Part shown: positions 14,152 through 26,478 of the stretch, one piece after another
Layout: each line of letters opens with the position of its first letter
Numbering within the stretch: the stretch's first letter is position 1
Assembly (NCBI GenBank): GCA_038087875.1
Contig: CM075996.1
Coordinates: 4,280,001-4,344,000 of the forward strand
Reading direction: 5' to 3'
DNA: 64,000 nt
DNA from: Malacoraja senta
Taxonomy: Eukaryota
The notes under the pieces: generated by a model
What the model saw: the letters and a program-made list of their open reading frames with translations, nothing else
Databases searched by the model: none
What the model was told of the DNA's origin: nothing
Program-made: the position numbers and the translations under genes

Positions 14152-14452
14152 AGGGCGGCATAGTGGCACAGCCTTACAGTGCCAGAGACCAGCGTTCGAT
14201 CCTGACTATGGATGCTGTCTGTACGGAGTTTGTACGTTATCCCCGTGCCTGCCCGAGTTTTCTCTGGGTGCTCCAGTTTCCTCCCACACTCCAAAGACAT
14301 ACAGGTTTGGAGGCTAATTGGCTTGGTAACATTTCAAATTGTCCCTAGTGGGTGTGTAGGATAGTGTTAATGTGCGGGGATCGTTGGTCGGCGTGGACTC
14401 GATAGGCTGAAGGGCGTTTTTCGCGCTGCATCTCTAAACTAAATAAACTAAA
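14152..14452 (+). mobile_element. tRNA-derived HE1/V-SINE-like element
   Basis: B-box GTTCGATCC, V-domain-like core, (CTAAA)n tail; other copies near 20715, 27780, 29645(-), 44180(-), 54641, 57460(-), 57960. Confidence 0.78.
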
Positions 14453-14857
14453 CTTTGAATTACCAGGAATGAATTGTTGGCACCTTTGGAGATTTGCTAC
14501 ACAAATTTTCCAAAAGAGATAAGAGCACAAAAAAAATGTAAATCTGGAGTATTCATTTAGATCAAATCATGGTACGGGGGTTAATGCTAACAGAATCAAA
14601 TAGTTCATGATAAATAATCATTGATGCACAGGAGAAACTTCTGTGGCCCATGTACCATGTTCCGCACAATTGCAATGACGTACACCAAAGTACACCTCAT
14701 CAAAAACCTACGGGGCTGAATATCAGAAATTTACGTTCACATCAATAAATGAGTTGATTTGACTTGTGAATGTATACACTCAAGGAAAGTTTAAGAAAGC
14801 AGCTTTCCCTGCTGTCATGGCCAATATTTCTCTCTCAAACTACAGTACTTAAATAGT

Positions 14858-15143
14858 TTTAAGAATAAGGGGTAAGCCATTTAGAACGGAGACGAGGAAA
14901 CACTTTTTCACACAGAAAGTTGTGAGTCTGTAGAATTCTCTGCCTCAGAGGGCAGTGGCGGCCGGTTCTCTGGATGCTTTCAGGAGAGAGCTAGATAGGG
15001 CTCTTAAAGATAGCGGAGTCAGGGGATATGGGGAGAAGGCAGGAATGGGGTACTGATTGGGGATGATCAGCCATGATCACATTGAATGGCGGTGCTGGCT
15101 CGAAGGGCCGAATGGCCTACGCCTGCACCTATTGTCTATTGTC
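14858..15143 (+). mobile_element. CR1-type LINE 3' end
   Basis: Same family as 20162-20688. Confidence 0.85.
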
Positions 15144-15799
15144 ATTGATGTTTAAGAAGGAGCTGCAGATGCTGGAAATTCGAAAGTAGATAAAAATGCT
15201 GGAGAAACTCAGCGGGTGAGGCAGCATCTATGGAGCGAAGGAAATAGGCGACGTTTCGGGTCGAGACCCTTCTTCAGTCTGAAGATGTTGCCTCACCCGC
15301 TGAGTTTCTCCAGCATTTTTGTCTACCTTAGTTGACACTGATGATCATTTCATTATTGTGTCTAGGACTTCACTGTGCTCAAACTGGTTACAACCTCCTC
15401 TTGCATACAGCAGCGAGCACACACTTGTTTTGTGATATTAAAGGAAAGTATTTAAAGGAATGGTCCATCTTAAGCAAGTCTGTGTGCAGCTTAATTATAG
15501 AATCAGTTTGGCTATGTTATCCTCGTTAGTTGAAGGATTTGTGACCCCCTTGTTTTTGGTTGAAACATCGAGTACAACCAGATTTCATAAAGGTAAATTC
15601 CTAATCATAAATCTTGTTCAATAGTCACGAGCTTTTCCCGATCTCTGAACAGTGAAGCTGAATGGGGTTACAAGAGGAACTAACTTGTTGACTGGTGTTT
15701 ACCAGACCCGTTTCCTTTCAATCTAACTTTCTCTGCATATAACGACCACAGCACAATGACCCTCCCCACAGTTCTAACCGAGCACAAATAAATACTCAC

Positions 15800-15942
15800 A
15801 ATCTGCTTCTCTGTGTACTTATTGGAGCTGAGCAGATTGACTGCCTCCATGTGGCCAAAGTCAATGTCATGGCCAAGCAGGAAGATGAAGAGAAGCTTGC
15901 AGACGTATTTCTTCTTGCTGTAACCATCCAGCGCCTTGTCTC
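15800..15942 (-). CDS. AP2A1: AP-2 complex subunit alpha, exon equivalent to human exon 3 ([48 protein letters not shown])
   Basis: Manual minus-strand translation matches the alpha-adaptin N-terminus; AG/GT boundaries; 143 nt. Confidence 0.9.
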
Positions 15943-16118
15943 CTATACCAGAAAAAAGAGTTTCTCAGAGGTGTACAGAATACCTAACGCAGCCACAGCA
16001 CCATACCCCACCTCAGGGAGAAGTGGATGGGGAGGTTAATTACCCCAAATTCATAATCCTGATCACTCTGCAGTAACCTCTGGTGGAAATTATGTGGACA
16101 TCAAGAGAGACTAAGAGC

Positions 16119-16685
16119 AAACGCAGAGTGCTGGAGTAACTCAGCAGGTCATGCAGCATCTCAGGAGATCATGGATAGGTGATGTTTTAGGTCAGGACCC
16201 TTCATTAGACTGATTGTTGGGGGATGGGGCGGGGGGTGCAGAAAGAAAGCTGGAAAAGAAGAGGGGCAGATCAAAGCCTGGCAAGTGACAGATGGATGCA
16301 GATCAAGAGGTTTTTGATAGGCAGGTGGTTGGACAGAGATGAAAAAACAAAAAGGTATGAGATATGAATGAGATGAGTTATGAATTGTAAAGCCAGAAGG
16401 ATGAATATAAGGGGATGAGGGGAGGGGATCAGGAGGGGAGGAATGGGCATGAGTGAGTGGGTCATAGAGGAGGGGGAGGGGGGGGGGGATGAGAAGGAGT
16501 TTGGTTATTTACCTAAAACATGACAATTCAAATGCTCATACCGTTGAGTTGAAAACTACCCATGCGGAATACAAGGTGCTGCTCCTATAGTTTGCATGTG
16601 GCTGAACTCTGGCAATGGAGGCGGCCCAGGGCAGAAAGGTCAGTGTGGGAATGGCAAGAGGAGTTAAAATGGCTAGCAACCAGGA
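16119..16685 (-). mobile_element. Degenerate Penelope-like element 3' end
   Basis: Homologous to 12585-13110. Confidence 0.7.
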
Positions 16686-16770
16686 AGTCCATTAAACCAT
16701 GGCCTAACAAAAAAAAATTGGCTTGTCTATAATACCTTTTTGTTGAATAAAAAGATAGGAGTCAAGGGAT

Positions 16771-16980
16771 TAAGAAGGAACTGCAGATGCTGGAAAATCA
16801 AAGGTAGACAAAAGTGCTGGAGAAACTCAGCGGGTGCGGCAGCATCTATGGAGCGAAGGAAATAGGCAACGTTTCGGGCCGAAACCCTGAAGAAGGGTTT
16901 CGGCCCGAAACGTTGCCTATTTCCTTCGCTCCATAGATGCTGCTGCACCCGCTGAGTTTCTCCAGCACTTTTGTCTACCG
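16771..16980. mobile_element. Penelope-derived fold-back insert (inverted pseudo-LTR pair)
   Basis: ~85-bp near-perfect inverted arms; 14-bp TSD AGGAGTCAAGGGAT (16757-16770, 16981-16994). Confidence 0.85.
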
Positions 16981-17058
16981 AGGAGTCAAGGGATATGGGG
17001 AGAAAGGCAGGAACAGGGTACTGATTGTGGATGATCAGCCATGATCACATTGAATGGC

Positions 17059-17258
17059 NNNNNNNNNNNNNNNNNNNNNNNNNNNNNNNNNNNNNNNNNN
17101 NNNNNNNNNNNNNNNNNNNNNNNNNNNNNNNNNNNNNNNNNNNNNNNNNNNNNNNNNNNNNNNNNNNNNNNNNNNNNNNNNNNNNNNNNNNNNNNNNNNN
17201 NNNNNNNNNNNNNNNNNNNNNNNNNNNNNNNNNNNNNNNNNNNNNNNNNNNNNNNNNN
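17059..17258. other. Assembly gap (200 N)
   Basis: Run of N. Confidence 1.
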
Positions 17259-17310
17259 GAACGTTATTCGCACTGAAAGAATCATCGGATTGTGGAAAGG
17301 TGTCTCTCCG
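17259..17310 (+). CDS. SLC25A38: SLC25A38 mitochondrial glycine transporter, partial exon cut by the gap (NVIRTERIIGLWKGVSP)
   Basis: Solcar motif GLWKG followed by donor GTAAGA. Confidence 0.85.
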
Positions 17311-17401
17311 GTAAGAGAGTGATGGATCAGGTCCTGCTGTGATGTTCTGCTTTGTAATAAATGTTGTTAAAATGGTGTGTCTGCTGTTCACTTGCTATGG
17401 G

Positions 17402-17765
17402 ATAGACAATAGACAATAGGTGCAGGAGTAGGCCATTCGGCCCTTCGAGCCAGCACCACCATTCAATGTGATCATGGCTGATCATCCCCAATCAGTACCC
17501 CGTTCCTGCCTTCTCCCCATATCCCTTGACTCCGCTATTTTTAAGAGCCCTATCTAGCTCTCTCTTGAAAGCATCCAGAGAACCCGCCTCCACCGCCCTC
17601 TGAGGCAGAGAATTCCACAGACTCACCACTCTCTGTGAGAAAAAGTGTTTCCTCGTCTCCGTTCTAAATGGCTTACTCCTTATTCTTAAACTGTGGCCCC
17701 TGGTTCTGGACTCTCCCAACCTCGGGAACATGTTTCCTACCTCTAGATCCCCTCTCATCCTTTTT
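17402..17765 (-). mobile_element. CR1-type LINE 3' end
   Basis: ORF 17492-17758. Confidence 0.88.
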
Positions 17766-17940
17766 CAATGAGATATCCTCTCATCCTTATGAATTAATCG
17801 GTTGGCCTCAGTATCTCTGAACGGAGGGCTGGTGGAGGATTGTGCCAACATTTGTTGGTGGTATTGTGGTTCAACATGTGTACCCTTGGGGGCATAGGCT
17901 GTATATCAGACTCAACCCTTCTTTTCCTTCCTCTTTGCAG

Positions 17941-18014
17941 TCATTTGTCCGATGCATCCCTGGTGTTGGGATATACTTCAGCACGCTCTACTCCACCAAG
18001 CAGCACTTCTTCAG
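17941..18014 (+). CDS. SLC25A38: SLC25A38 exon ([24 protein letters not shown])
   Basis: Polypyrimidine+CAG acceptor, GTGAG donor; [10 protein letters not shown] signature; 74 nt. Confidence 0.9.
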
Positions 18015-19075
18015 GTGAGCTGGCAAGCTGACGATATCCTACCACGTTAACCATCTACCTCTGGAACTGGAGGACAGATCTAACCCGGGATGAAGCCAGT
18101 GTCCCGACAGACTTTTCAAGCTCAACGTGAAATTCTGCTTCACTCAAACGTTCATGGGTGATAGTCCACAGAATTAGGCCATTTGGCCCATCAAGTCTAC
18201 GCCATTCTATAATGGCTGATCTATCTTTCCCTCCGAACCCCATTCTCCTGCCTTCTCCCCATCACCCCTGAAATGTTTTGGGGGCTGAGGCACTCGGGGA
18301 CCTTCATGCCACAATCCAACCCGTGCTATGTCTTCTGACAGTGTAAAGGGAGTTTAAACCCATGCATTGTCTCCCTGGGACCTCTTAGTGCTTAAATAGG
18401 CAAACTGGAAGAAGCTTTGTTCTGTTTCCTAATTCATGTTTTATCTACCTTGGGAAAATTAGATGGGACAATGTCCAGGGAGCTTTACTCTGAGAAAATC
18501 CCATGTAGTGCTTGTGCTGGGAGAGTATAACGGCACAGTGCATTGTACCTGCCGTGAGCGTGTTTGATAAGACAACCAAGAAAATGCTTTAGTTTATTAG
18601 CCGTGGGGGGGGGGGGGGGGGCTTTGATGAGGACATGCAAGGGGAGCTTTACACACCCAACATTTTTTTTCTACTCTAAAGACACTAAATGTTGGAAACA
18701 CTCAGCAGGTCGGGCAATACTAGTGGGGATGCAAGTTTGTGAGTTGGATTACTTTCATCAAACATCGATTCAACCTCTCTTCCCAGATGTGCAGCCTGAC
18801 TATCTCTCAAGATCATCTGTTTTTATGTCAGTTTTCCAGCATCTTTTGGTTTTTTTCTTTAGCTTTTCATTCCGTGTTTTGTCTACCCTGGATGTATTTT
18901 GTGGAAAAGGGTGGAGGCTCCTTCACTCCTGGTGCGTAGACACGGGGAGAGTTTGCTTATGCAGTTTTGCACCAGGGGGTAGTAGGACCTCTGTCTCCTG
19001 TGTTGGTGGTGGTAGTAATCTTGAGGTTGAGAGCGTCTCCAGAGGGGAGGGCTGGTGGTCTTCTGTTTTTAGCTT

Positions 19076-19108
<33 letters not shown>

Positions 19109-19454
19109 CATGTACAGCTCCTGTGGGTGATGTCTGATGGTGGTTTCCACACGCTGTTGGACTGTAACAGTGAAATATTTTACTGAAGGAAGCTGCGTCA
19201 CTCCCAGGAGCCACGTGGGAGGGATGTAGGGAATGCTGTGGGCAATATTCCCACACAGCCTTGTGAGTGAGCACAGATACTGCCTCGTGCTCAGCGGGGA
19301 CATGGCTGCAGCCATTCTAGGCTGCGTCGAGGGGCATTCGGTGGCGAGTGGCCATGCTCCCAGGGCGCTGTGTACCACGAGACCCCCTGCCATCCATCCT
19401 CTCGAGGGGGTGACGCTCCTACCATGTGTCTTAAAAACTGTTTTTCGTCTCCAG

Positions 19455-19560
19455 CGAGAGGAGCCCCTCGGCACTGGAGTCGGTGGCTTTAGGCGCCAGC
19501 GCTCGCACAGTAGCGGGCGTCTGCATGTTGCCCATAACCGTGGTGAAGACGCGATACGAG
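19455..19560 (+). CDS. SLC25A38: SLC25A38 exon ([35 protein letters not shown])
   Basis: AG/GTGAGT; carrier motif [10 protein letters not shown]; 106 nt, in phase with previous exon. Confidence 0.92.
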
Positions 19561-20161
19561 GTGAGTTCCTCCCCGGGTGCTGGACGGATTTCACGACCGT
19601 TCGATGGATGTCCCTCAGGCACTGGTGGGTGGGCCAGGGCCACGTTTACCCAATGCTCCTGCACATGTGGCTGCTTGACTCAGTGTGAAGGAAGACCCCT
19701 CATCTGTAGAGTCATCCGTGGCCTCTGAACGCTCCAAAACTCTTTGACAGCCAAATGGAACATCTTAAGACACAAAATGTTGAAGTAACTCAGCGGGTCA
19801 GGCGGTATCTCTGGAGAACATGGATAAGTGACACTTCAGACGTTCCTTGTTAATGATATTTTATTTTATGTTCTTGCTGGGATTCCAGTGTCGCCTCTTG
19901 GAACAACGGGCAAGAACTTTTGAAATTTTTGAAACACAATGTTTCAGGACCCCTCAAATTCCAATCAATCGGCTGCATTGGGTTTGAGCCTCACGGCAGA
20001 GACTTGATTATGTAATCCACATTCAGAGACATTTTGGGATGTAAAGACTTGTTTTACGGATCGACCTGGCAGCCAAATAATACACCAAATCTGTTACTGT
20101 GTTTTGGGGGATTTTGTCATAAATGCTGGGTAGACTCTCTGGATAGAATCTGTGGAATCTT

Positions 20162-20688
20162 TAAAACATTCTTGCTATTGAGGGAGTGCAGCGTAGGTTT
20201 ACAAGGTTAATTCCCGGGATGGCGGGACTGTCATATGCTGAGAGAATGGAGCACCTGGGCTTGTACACTCTGGAGTTTAGAAGGATGAGAGAGGATCTCA
20301 TTGAAACATATAAGATTGTTAAAGGTTTGGACACGCTAGAGGCAGGAAACATGTTCCCGATGTTGGGGGAGTCCAGAACCAGGGGCCACAGTTTAAGAAT
20401 AAGGGGCAAGCCATTTAGAACGGAGACGAGGAAACACTTTTTCTCACCGAGAGTTGTGAGTCTGTGGAATTCTCTGCCTCAGAGGGTGGTGGAGGCAGGT
20501 TCTCTGGATGCTTTCAACAGAGAGCTAGATGGGGTTCTTAAAGATAGCGGAGTCAGGGGATATGGGGAGAAGGCAGGAACGGGGTACTGATTGGGGATGA
20601 TCAGCCATGATCACATTGAATGGCGGTGCTGGCTCGAAGGGCCAAATGGCCTACTCCTGCACCTATTGTCTATTGTCTATTGCCTATT
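20162..20688 (+). mobile_element. CR1-type LINE 3' end with (CTATTGT)n tail
   Basis: ORF 20186-20590 CR1 RT C-terminus (TRGHSLRI, FFS.RVV..WNSLP); near-identical copies near 9460, 14860, 17402(-), 58866. Confidence 0.9.
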
Positions 20689-21354
20689 GAACAAGGACAC
20701 CAAGTGTCATTTTAGTGGGCAGCACAGTGGCTCAGCTGTCAGGGCAGGTGTCTTAGCGCCAGACCATTGCAAGTCTTTCTACCCACACCAACTCCTCCTC
20801 TCTTCATGTGGTACATACGGTGATGTAGCTATTAGCGCTGTTGCCTCACAGTTCTAGAGACCTGGGCTTAATTCTGACCGTGGGTGCTGTCTGGGTGGAG
20901 TTTGCACGTTCTTCCCGTGACCTTGGGTGCTCTGATTTTCTTCCCACATCCAAAGCCATGTGGGTTTGTAGGTTAATTGGTCTGTGTAAAATGCTCCCAG
21001 AGAGTGGTCAACATAGAACTAGAGTGAATGGGTAATCAATTGGTTGGTGTAGATTCTAGAGAAAAGGAATAGGTGACGTTTCGGGTCAAGACCCTTCTTC
21101 AAACCAAAAGTCTCACCTGAATGTTCCATAGATTGTGGATTATGTATTCAAGCCTCCCCCCTCGTACAAAATGCTTCCACTTGATTGGGATTTGAAGGAC
21201 GTGTATCCTTGTGGTAAAGATCTAGCTGGTTGTTCCAAGGGGGACAACAGTAGTTTCCTGCAAGGACACTGGAGGACACTGGCGCCAGGAAGTGTGTTTG
21301 GAGTTCAGGAGAGGGGAAAAGAAAATGCCTTACGATTTACGTCTGTGCCTGCAG

Positions 21355-21523
21355 AGTGGGAAGTTTCAGTACGAAAGCGTGTTCAGTGCTTTGAGAAATA
21401 TCTACAAGACTGAGGGCGCGCGGGCACTGTTCAGCGGACTGACGGCCACACTCCTCCGCGATGCCCCCTTCTCTGGGATTTACCTCATGTTCTACACACA
21501 GACCAAGAGAGCAGTGCCCGAAG
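21355..21523 (+). CDS. SLC25A38: SLC25A38 exon ([56 protein letters not shown])
   Basis: ORF 21292-21630; RDAPFSG motif; AG/GTATG; 169 nt. Confidence 0.93.
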
Positions 21524-21968
21524 GTATGTGTGGATGTTCGATGTACGGTGCTGGAGTGGGTGTGGGAGGGGCGGTTAGGGGGAGGAGAGTGGAGTCATTG
21601 TTTGATACAGGCTTGGTTACAATTGCATAGAAGAAACTGCAGGTGCTGGTTTAAACCGAAGATAGAAAAAAAAATGCTGGAGTAACTCAGCGGGTCAGAC
21701 AGCATCTCTGGAGATAAGAAATAGGTGACGTTTCAGGTGGAGACCCTTCTTCAGACCCTAGAGTGCAATATTGTTGTGCTAAGAGTAAGGCAATGATCCA
21801 CTCTCTCCATTTTACCCTGAGTATTCGAGCACATCTCCTAAGTTCTGGTTCTGGAGTTGGTGTTATTGTTGTGTCATTTATCATGAGGAATTTCTTGCAA
21901 ACTTGTCACATTGTAATTACAGGGGCTGGAGAAGGCCAACTAATCTAAATTTTCCCTTTATTGTTCAG

Positions 21969-22135
21969 ACCGGTACCAGACACCAATTCTCCCTCTGATC
22001 AACTTCAGCTGTGGCATCTTTGCGGGCATTTTGGCCTCCTTGGTGACGCAGCCAGCAGATGTGGTGAAGACACACATGCAGCTCTCTCCCGAAAAGCATC
22101 GGCAAGTTAGACACACCATCGTCTTCATCTTTGAG
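21969..22135 (+). CDS. SLC25A38: SLC25A38 exon (DRYQTPILPLINFSCGIFAGILASLVTQPADVVKTHMQL...FIFE)
   Basis: QPADVVKT carrier motif; AG/GT; 167 nt. Confidence 0.93.
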
Positions 22136-23627
22136 GTACAATTGACTCCAAATGTTCCTCCCTATGCTTTTAATGAATCTTCAAATGCTTTCTCTTCAGA
22201 GGTACTTGAAAATATGCTTTTCATTTCCCTGCCTCAACTGTTCTGTCTGCAGACCGGTGTAAACTTAATTCTGAAATAGTGCTGGAGCCCCCAACACTGT
22301 CCCTTGCCCATTGGCCTCCATGACCTCTTGTCAACCTCCAGCTTTGACAAGAATGATCCCAGGAATGATTGGGTTAACATGTAATGTGTGTTTGACGGCA
22401 CTGTGCCGCTACTCGCTGGAGTTTAGAAGGGGGAAGGAGGAGCTGATTGAAACTTACTGAATAGTGAAAGGCCTGGACAGAGCGGATGTGAAGAGGATGC
22501 TTCCACTACTGGGAGAGTCCAGGACCAGGGGGCGCAGTGATTACCTTGGTGGTCTCTGAATGACCACAGACTGTGCCCCCACAGTGCTGCTGTTGCATGA
22601 TTTGGACTCGACGATAATGAAGCATATTAGTGAGTCGGGACAGACTGTGATGTGGAGGAGAGCTTGGGGGGGTGAAGGTGTGGCTATATGGAAGCTGCTT
22701 TATCATTGATAGTGGCAGAGTTTACGGGTTTGGGAGATGCTCTTGAAGTAGCTTTGAGTTGTTGCAGATGGTGCTCGCGTCAGCCATTGTGCACTGGTGG
22801 TGGAGGGAGGGAAATATTCAGCGTGCAGAGAGCCGATCGATCCCGTTGCGTTGACCTAGAAAGCTGCACTCGGCCCGGCAGCCAGTGAGTTTTCCACCAC
22901 GCTTCCAACTTCTTTCGTAAACAGTGCAATGTACAGTATGGAATTCTAGAAAGTAAGGCCTCAGCATCTAAAGCATTGGCTGCTCATGTTGGAATGAAAG
23001 ATTGGGGTAGGCTAGTGGAATGGACAGAGGTGAAATGCTGGTATCTCAGAGGTTGGAGGTCATTACAAAGAATAGGTTGGGGCAAGGCCGTGGGGGGGGG
23101 GGGTTGATAACAATAGTGAGAATTTTTAAAAAGTAGGTATTTAAAGAATGAATACCAATCCTATAGAGGAGTGAAGAGTGAATGACACAGGCAGTAAAGT
23201 TCCTGGTGAGTTGGGAGAGGCAGTTTAGTGGAGCGTTGGAATAATCCTCCACTGAATGTAGAATGGGGAACAGTTAAGGGTTGGACTCATTGGTGACACA
23301 TTGTTGCTTTGATTCAAACTCAAGACAAGACAAGAGAGTTCATTGTCATGTGTCCCTGATAGGACAATGAAATTTTTGCTTTGCTTCAGCACAACAGAAC
23401 ATAGTAGGCATTGACTACAAAACAGATCAGTGTGTCCATATACCATTGTATACGTAAATACACACATGAATAAATAAACTGATAAAGTGCAAATAACAGA
23501 TAATGGGCTATTAATGTTCAGAGTTTTGTCCGAGCAAAGCTTAATAGCCTGATGGCTGTGGGGAAGTAGCTATTCCTGAACCAGGTCGTTGCACCAAAGT
23601 ATTGACTCTCCTCTCCTTGCTCCCCAG

Positions 23628-23750
23628 AACCACGGCTTGGTGGGGTTTTTCCGCGGCGCCGTTCCTCGATCGTTGCGCCGATCCCTCATGGCGGCCATGG
23701 CCTGGACGGTCTACGAACAGATGATGACCAAGCTGGGCCTCAAGTCGTGA
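23628..23750 (+). CDS. SLC25A38: SLC25A38 last coding exon ([40 protein letters not shown])
   Basis: Acceptor CCCCAG; characteristic C-terminus; TGA at 23748-23750. Confidence 0.93.
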   Translation, partial: NHGLVGFFRGAVPRSLRRSLMAAMAWTVYEQMMTKLGLKS

Positions 23751-26360
23751 AAAGCCGAGCAGCTAAAGGAAGAACCGTTGGATAATGGAGAGAAGGGACA
23801 ATCTCACTGGAGTTTTGTGTGCTGAGACTTCAAATGGCTTGCAGCCTTTTGAGTGTGAACAGTGGTACTTTTTCTATGGTTAAAAAACAAAAACTGGCTT
23901 CATAGCAGAGTGAAGTTTACACAGTGTTTCCACGAGCCAGCGAATTCCTGGTAGAAGTGCACATTTCTCCGTAACTTTGAACTCTGTGCCGTTCCACTGA
24001 TGTTATGTAACAACCAGGAACCACCTGCTTGTAACTGGACCCTGCCTGATCTTTTCCCGATTAGCTTGTGTTTCTCAGGGCTGTTGGCCTTGAGATGGTG
24101 GAAACCAAACAGCAGGCTGTTAAAATACTCCAGGCCTAAATACTTGGCCGAGGCTGAGCTTGTTACTCCTGTTGATTGCGACAAAGTCCAGTTAACTACA
24201 GAGTGGAGGAGCGACTTCACCTTGCTTGTGTGAGACAACACACACACACACACAGAGCTGACCGTGGCAATCTTCACAACGCTAGCCATATTAAACAATT
24301 GCAAGTTATTAAAGAATACCTGTGTGCGAATACGCTGTCTTCTGCCATCCCAAGCTATCCGGATCATAAAAGACCTGGTCCACAGTGTGAGATGAACCGT
24401 CAATGGGATGGCTACAGGTGTCTTCTCCTCCCCTGACCTGTGAAAGACGGGGGGAGGGGGGGGGGAATGAACCTCGGTTTCCTGCGAATTGTCCTCCTGC
24501 GATCACCTGCATGTGTGTCGCTTGTGATTCCCGCCAAGGTTGCATTGTCTGCATGTCTTTCCAGCTTAATCATGAAGAATGGGACTTAGTGAGGCTTGCT
24601 CACTCAGGGATGAGGGTGCATTATCAAGAACTGACTGGGGAAGTTGGAGATGTAGGTATGGCAGCCTGAAGAAGGGTCTCGACCCCCCAACATCACCCAT
24701 TCCTTCTCGCCAGAGATGCTGCTGCCTGTCCCGCTGAGTCACTCCAGCTTTATGCGTCTATCTTGGGCATGGTAGCCATTGGGTGGGTTGGTCTCTTGAA
24801 CGTGGGGTTGATATTTTTGGGTCACGGCGAGAATATGCCCACCACATTGATCACAGTTTTCGTTGTAGCGGCCAGTCTCATCCCCAGTGGTAGATCCCCC
24901 AGCTCCAGAAGTGTGATTCATAGACAGTTGTCCCTGTTTAACCCTAACCCCTGAGCAGTGGGAGATGGGAATCCCCTACCCATCCCCACCTCACTGCTGG
25001 CCGGCTGGGTTTCAGCGTTTCCCAGGTAGTTAACCAGAGGTCATCAGCTCTCCTCAAACCATACACCCCCCCAAGCTTTGGTAAAGAGTTCTACCTTTGG
25101 ATTCCTGTAATCTCCCCCACTCCTGCCCCAAGGCTTATTTTCTTCAGAGAATAGCCTGTCCTTTTATTAACACACCCTCTCCCAGCGCATGGCCACCTTT
25201 CCGTGCAAGTTTCATCTCCAGGGTACAGAGAGGATGGAGAGTTGTGTAGAGTTATCCTTGCCTCACTCCCACTGGGGCAAAGAGTGACAAGAGCTCGACA
25301 ACACCAAGCAGAAGGCAGAGGCAGCAAAGAGCAGGTGGGAAGGAGATGGTTCCCCCTCCACCTTCCTCCCTCCTCACTTCCTTGCCCCATCCATCTCTCC
25401 CACTACCTCGCTCTCCTTTTCCCGTCCCCTTCCACCGATATCCCTTCCTCGAGCCTCGCATTTCATTCTTCTCACTATCTTGCATCCTTTTTGTCTCCTT
25501 TATATCTCCAGCCTTTAGAGTCATTGAGTGATACAGTGTGGAAACAGGCCCTTCGGCCCAACTTGCCCACACCGGCCAACATGTCCCAGCTACACTCGTC
25601 CCACCTGCCTGCCCTTGGTCCATATCCCTCCAAACTGTCTTATCCATGTACCTGTCTAACTAAATTTGTCGGCTACTCCGTCCATCTGACGATCAAAAAC
25701 CTTTCTCACCCGTACCCACCTATCACTTGCCAGGCCTTGTCCCACCCCCAGCTCTTCCAGCTTTCTCCCCCCACCCCACTCCCATCAGTCTGAAGGGTCC
25801 TGACCTAAAAACATCACCCATCCATGTCCTCCAGAGATGCCGCCAGACCACCTGAGTTTCAACAGCAGTTTGTGTATTTTTCTCTGCTTTTATTAGAAGT
25901 CTGATTTATATATCTTCCAATTGTGTATTCTTATTGCGGCATAATTAATCTCAGTTCGTGTTTGCTGAATTATGAGTTAACGCTAACTATCATTGTGCTG
26001 ACTGGAAAGTGTTAAAAATGTTTGGAAAGAGAGAAGTGTAATTATAATCCTCCTTTCCCTGTGAGACATTAACCACAGTTAATAGACTTTTGGATGTTAT
26101 GCAATCGACTGTGTTAGCTGTAATGTTCCAGTGACGCAGAATGAATGGTTCTTTGAACAGGAATCGGCTTCATCTGGCGTGGTGCCAGTGCTGGTTACTG
26201 GCACAAAGGTGAAGTGCCTGCAGTGAGGGGGAGAGTTGGGGTGAGCTCGGCTTTCCAGTACTGATGATTGGAAGGTGTTTACTGGAGTGGGGTTTGCAGA
26301 CTGACACAGCCAGTGAGGGGCTCTGTGTGGGGGGGAATGTTGGAGGTTCTTGCCATGCTT

Positions 26361-26478
26361 CTTCTTCTTGCGTATGGCGTGCACAGCCTAAAGTTGTAGG
26401 ACAACTTGTTCTATTTGATCTTATTTGATTGTGCACGCCGGATTGATTGCATTCGTGAAGGTTGCAATCTTCCACCCC
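26361..26478 (-). mobile_element. Second copy of the HDV-headed retroposon, ribozyme internally deleted
   Basis: TSD CTTGCCATGCTT at 26349-26360 and 26479-26490; near-identical body; same 5' start GGGGTGG. Confidence 0.85.

Noticed and set aside
14152..14215. tRNA-like A/B boxes
   Set aside because: SINE head without a full cloverleaf; not a tRNA gene
18923..19688. 223-aa and 151-aa ORFs
   Set aside because: Antisense or off-frame to an SLC25A38 exon, plus microsatellite sequence
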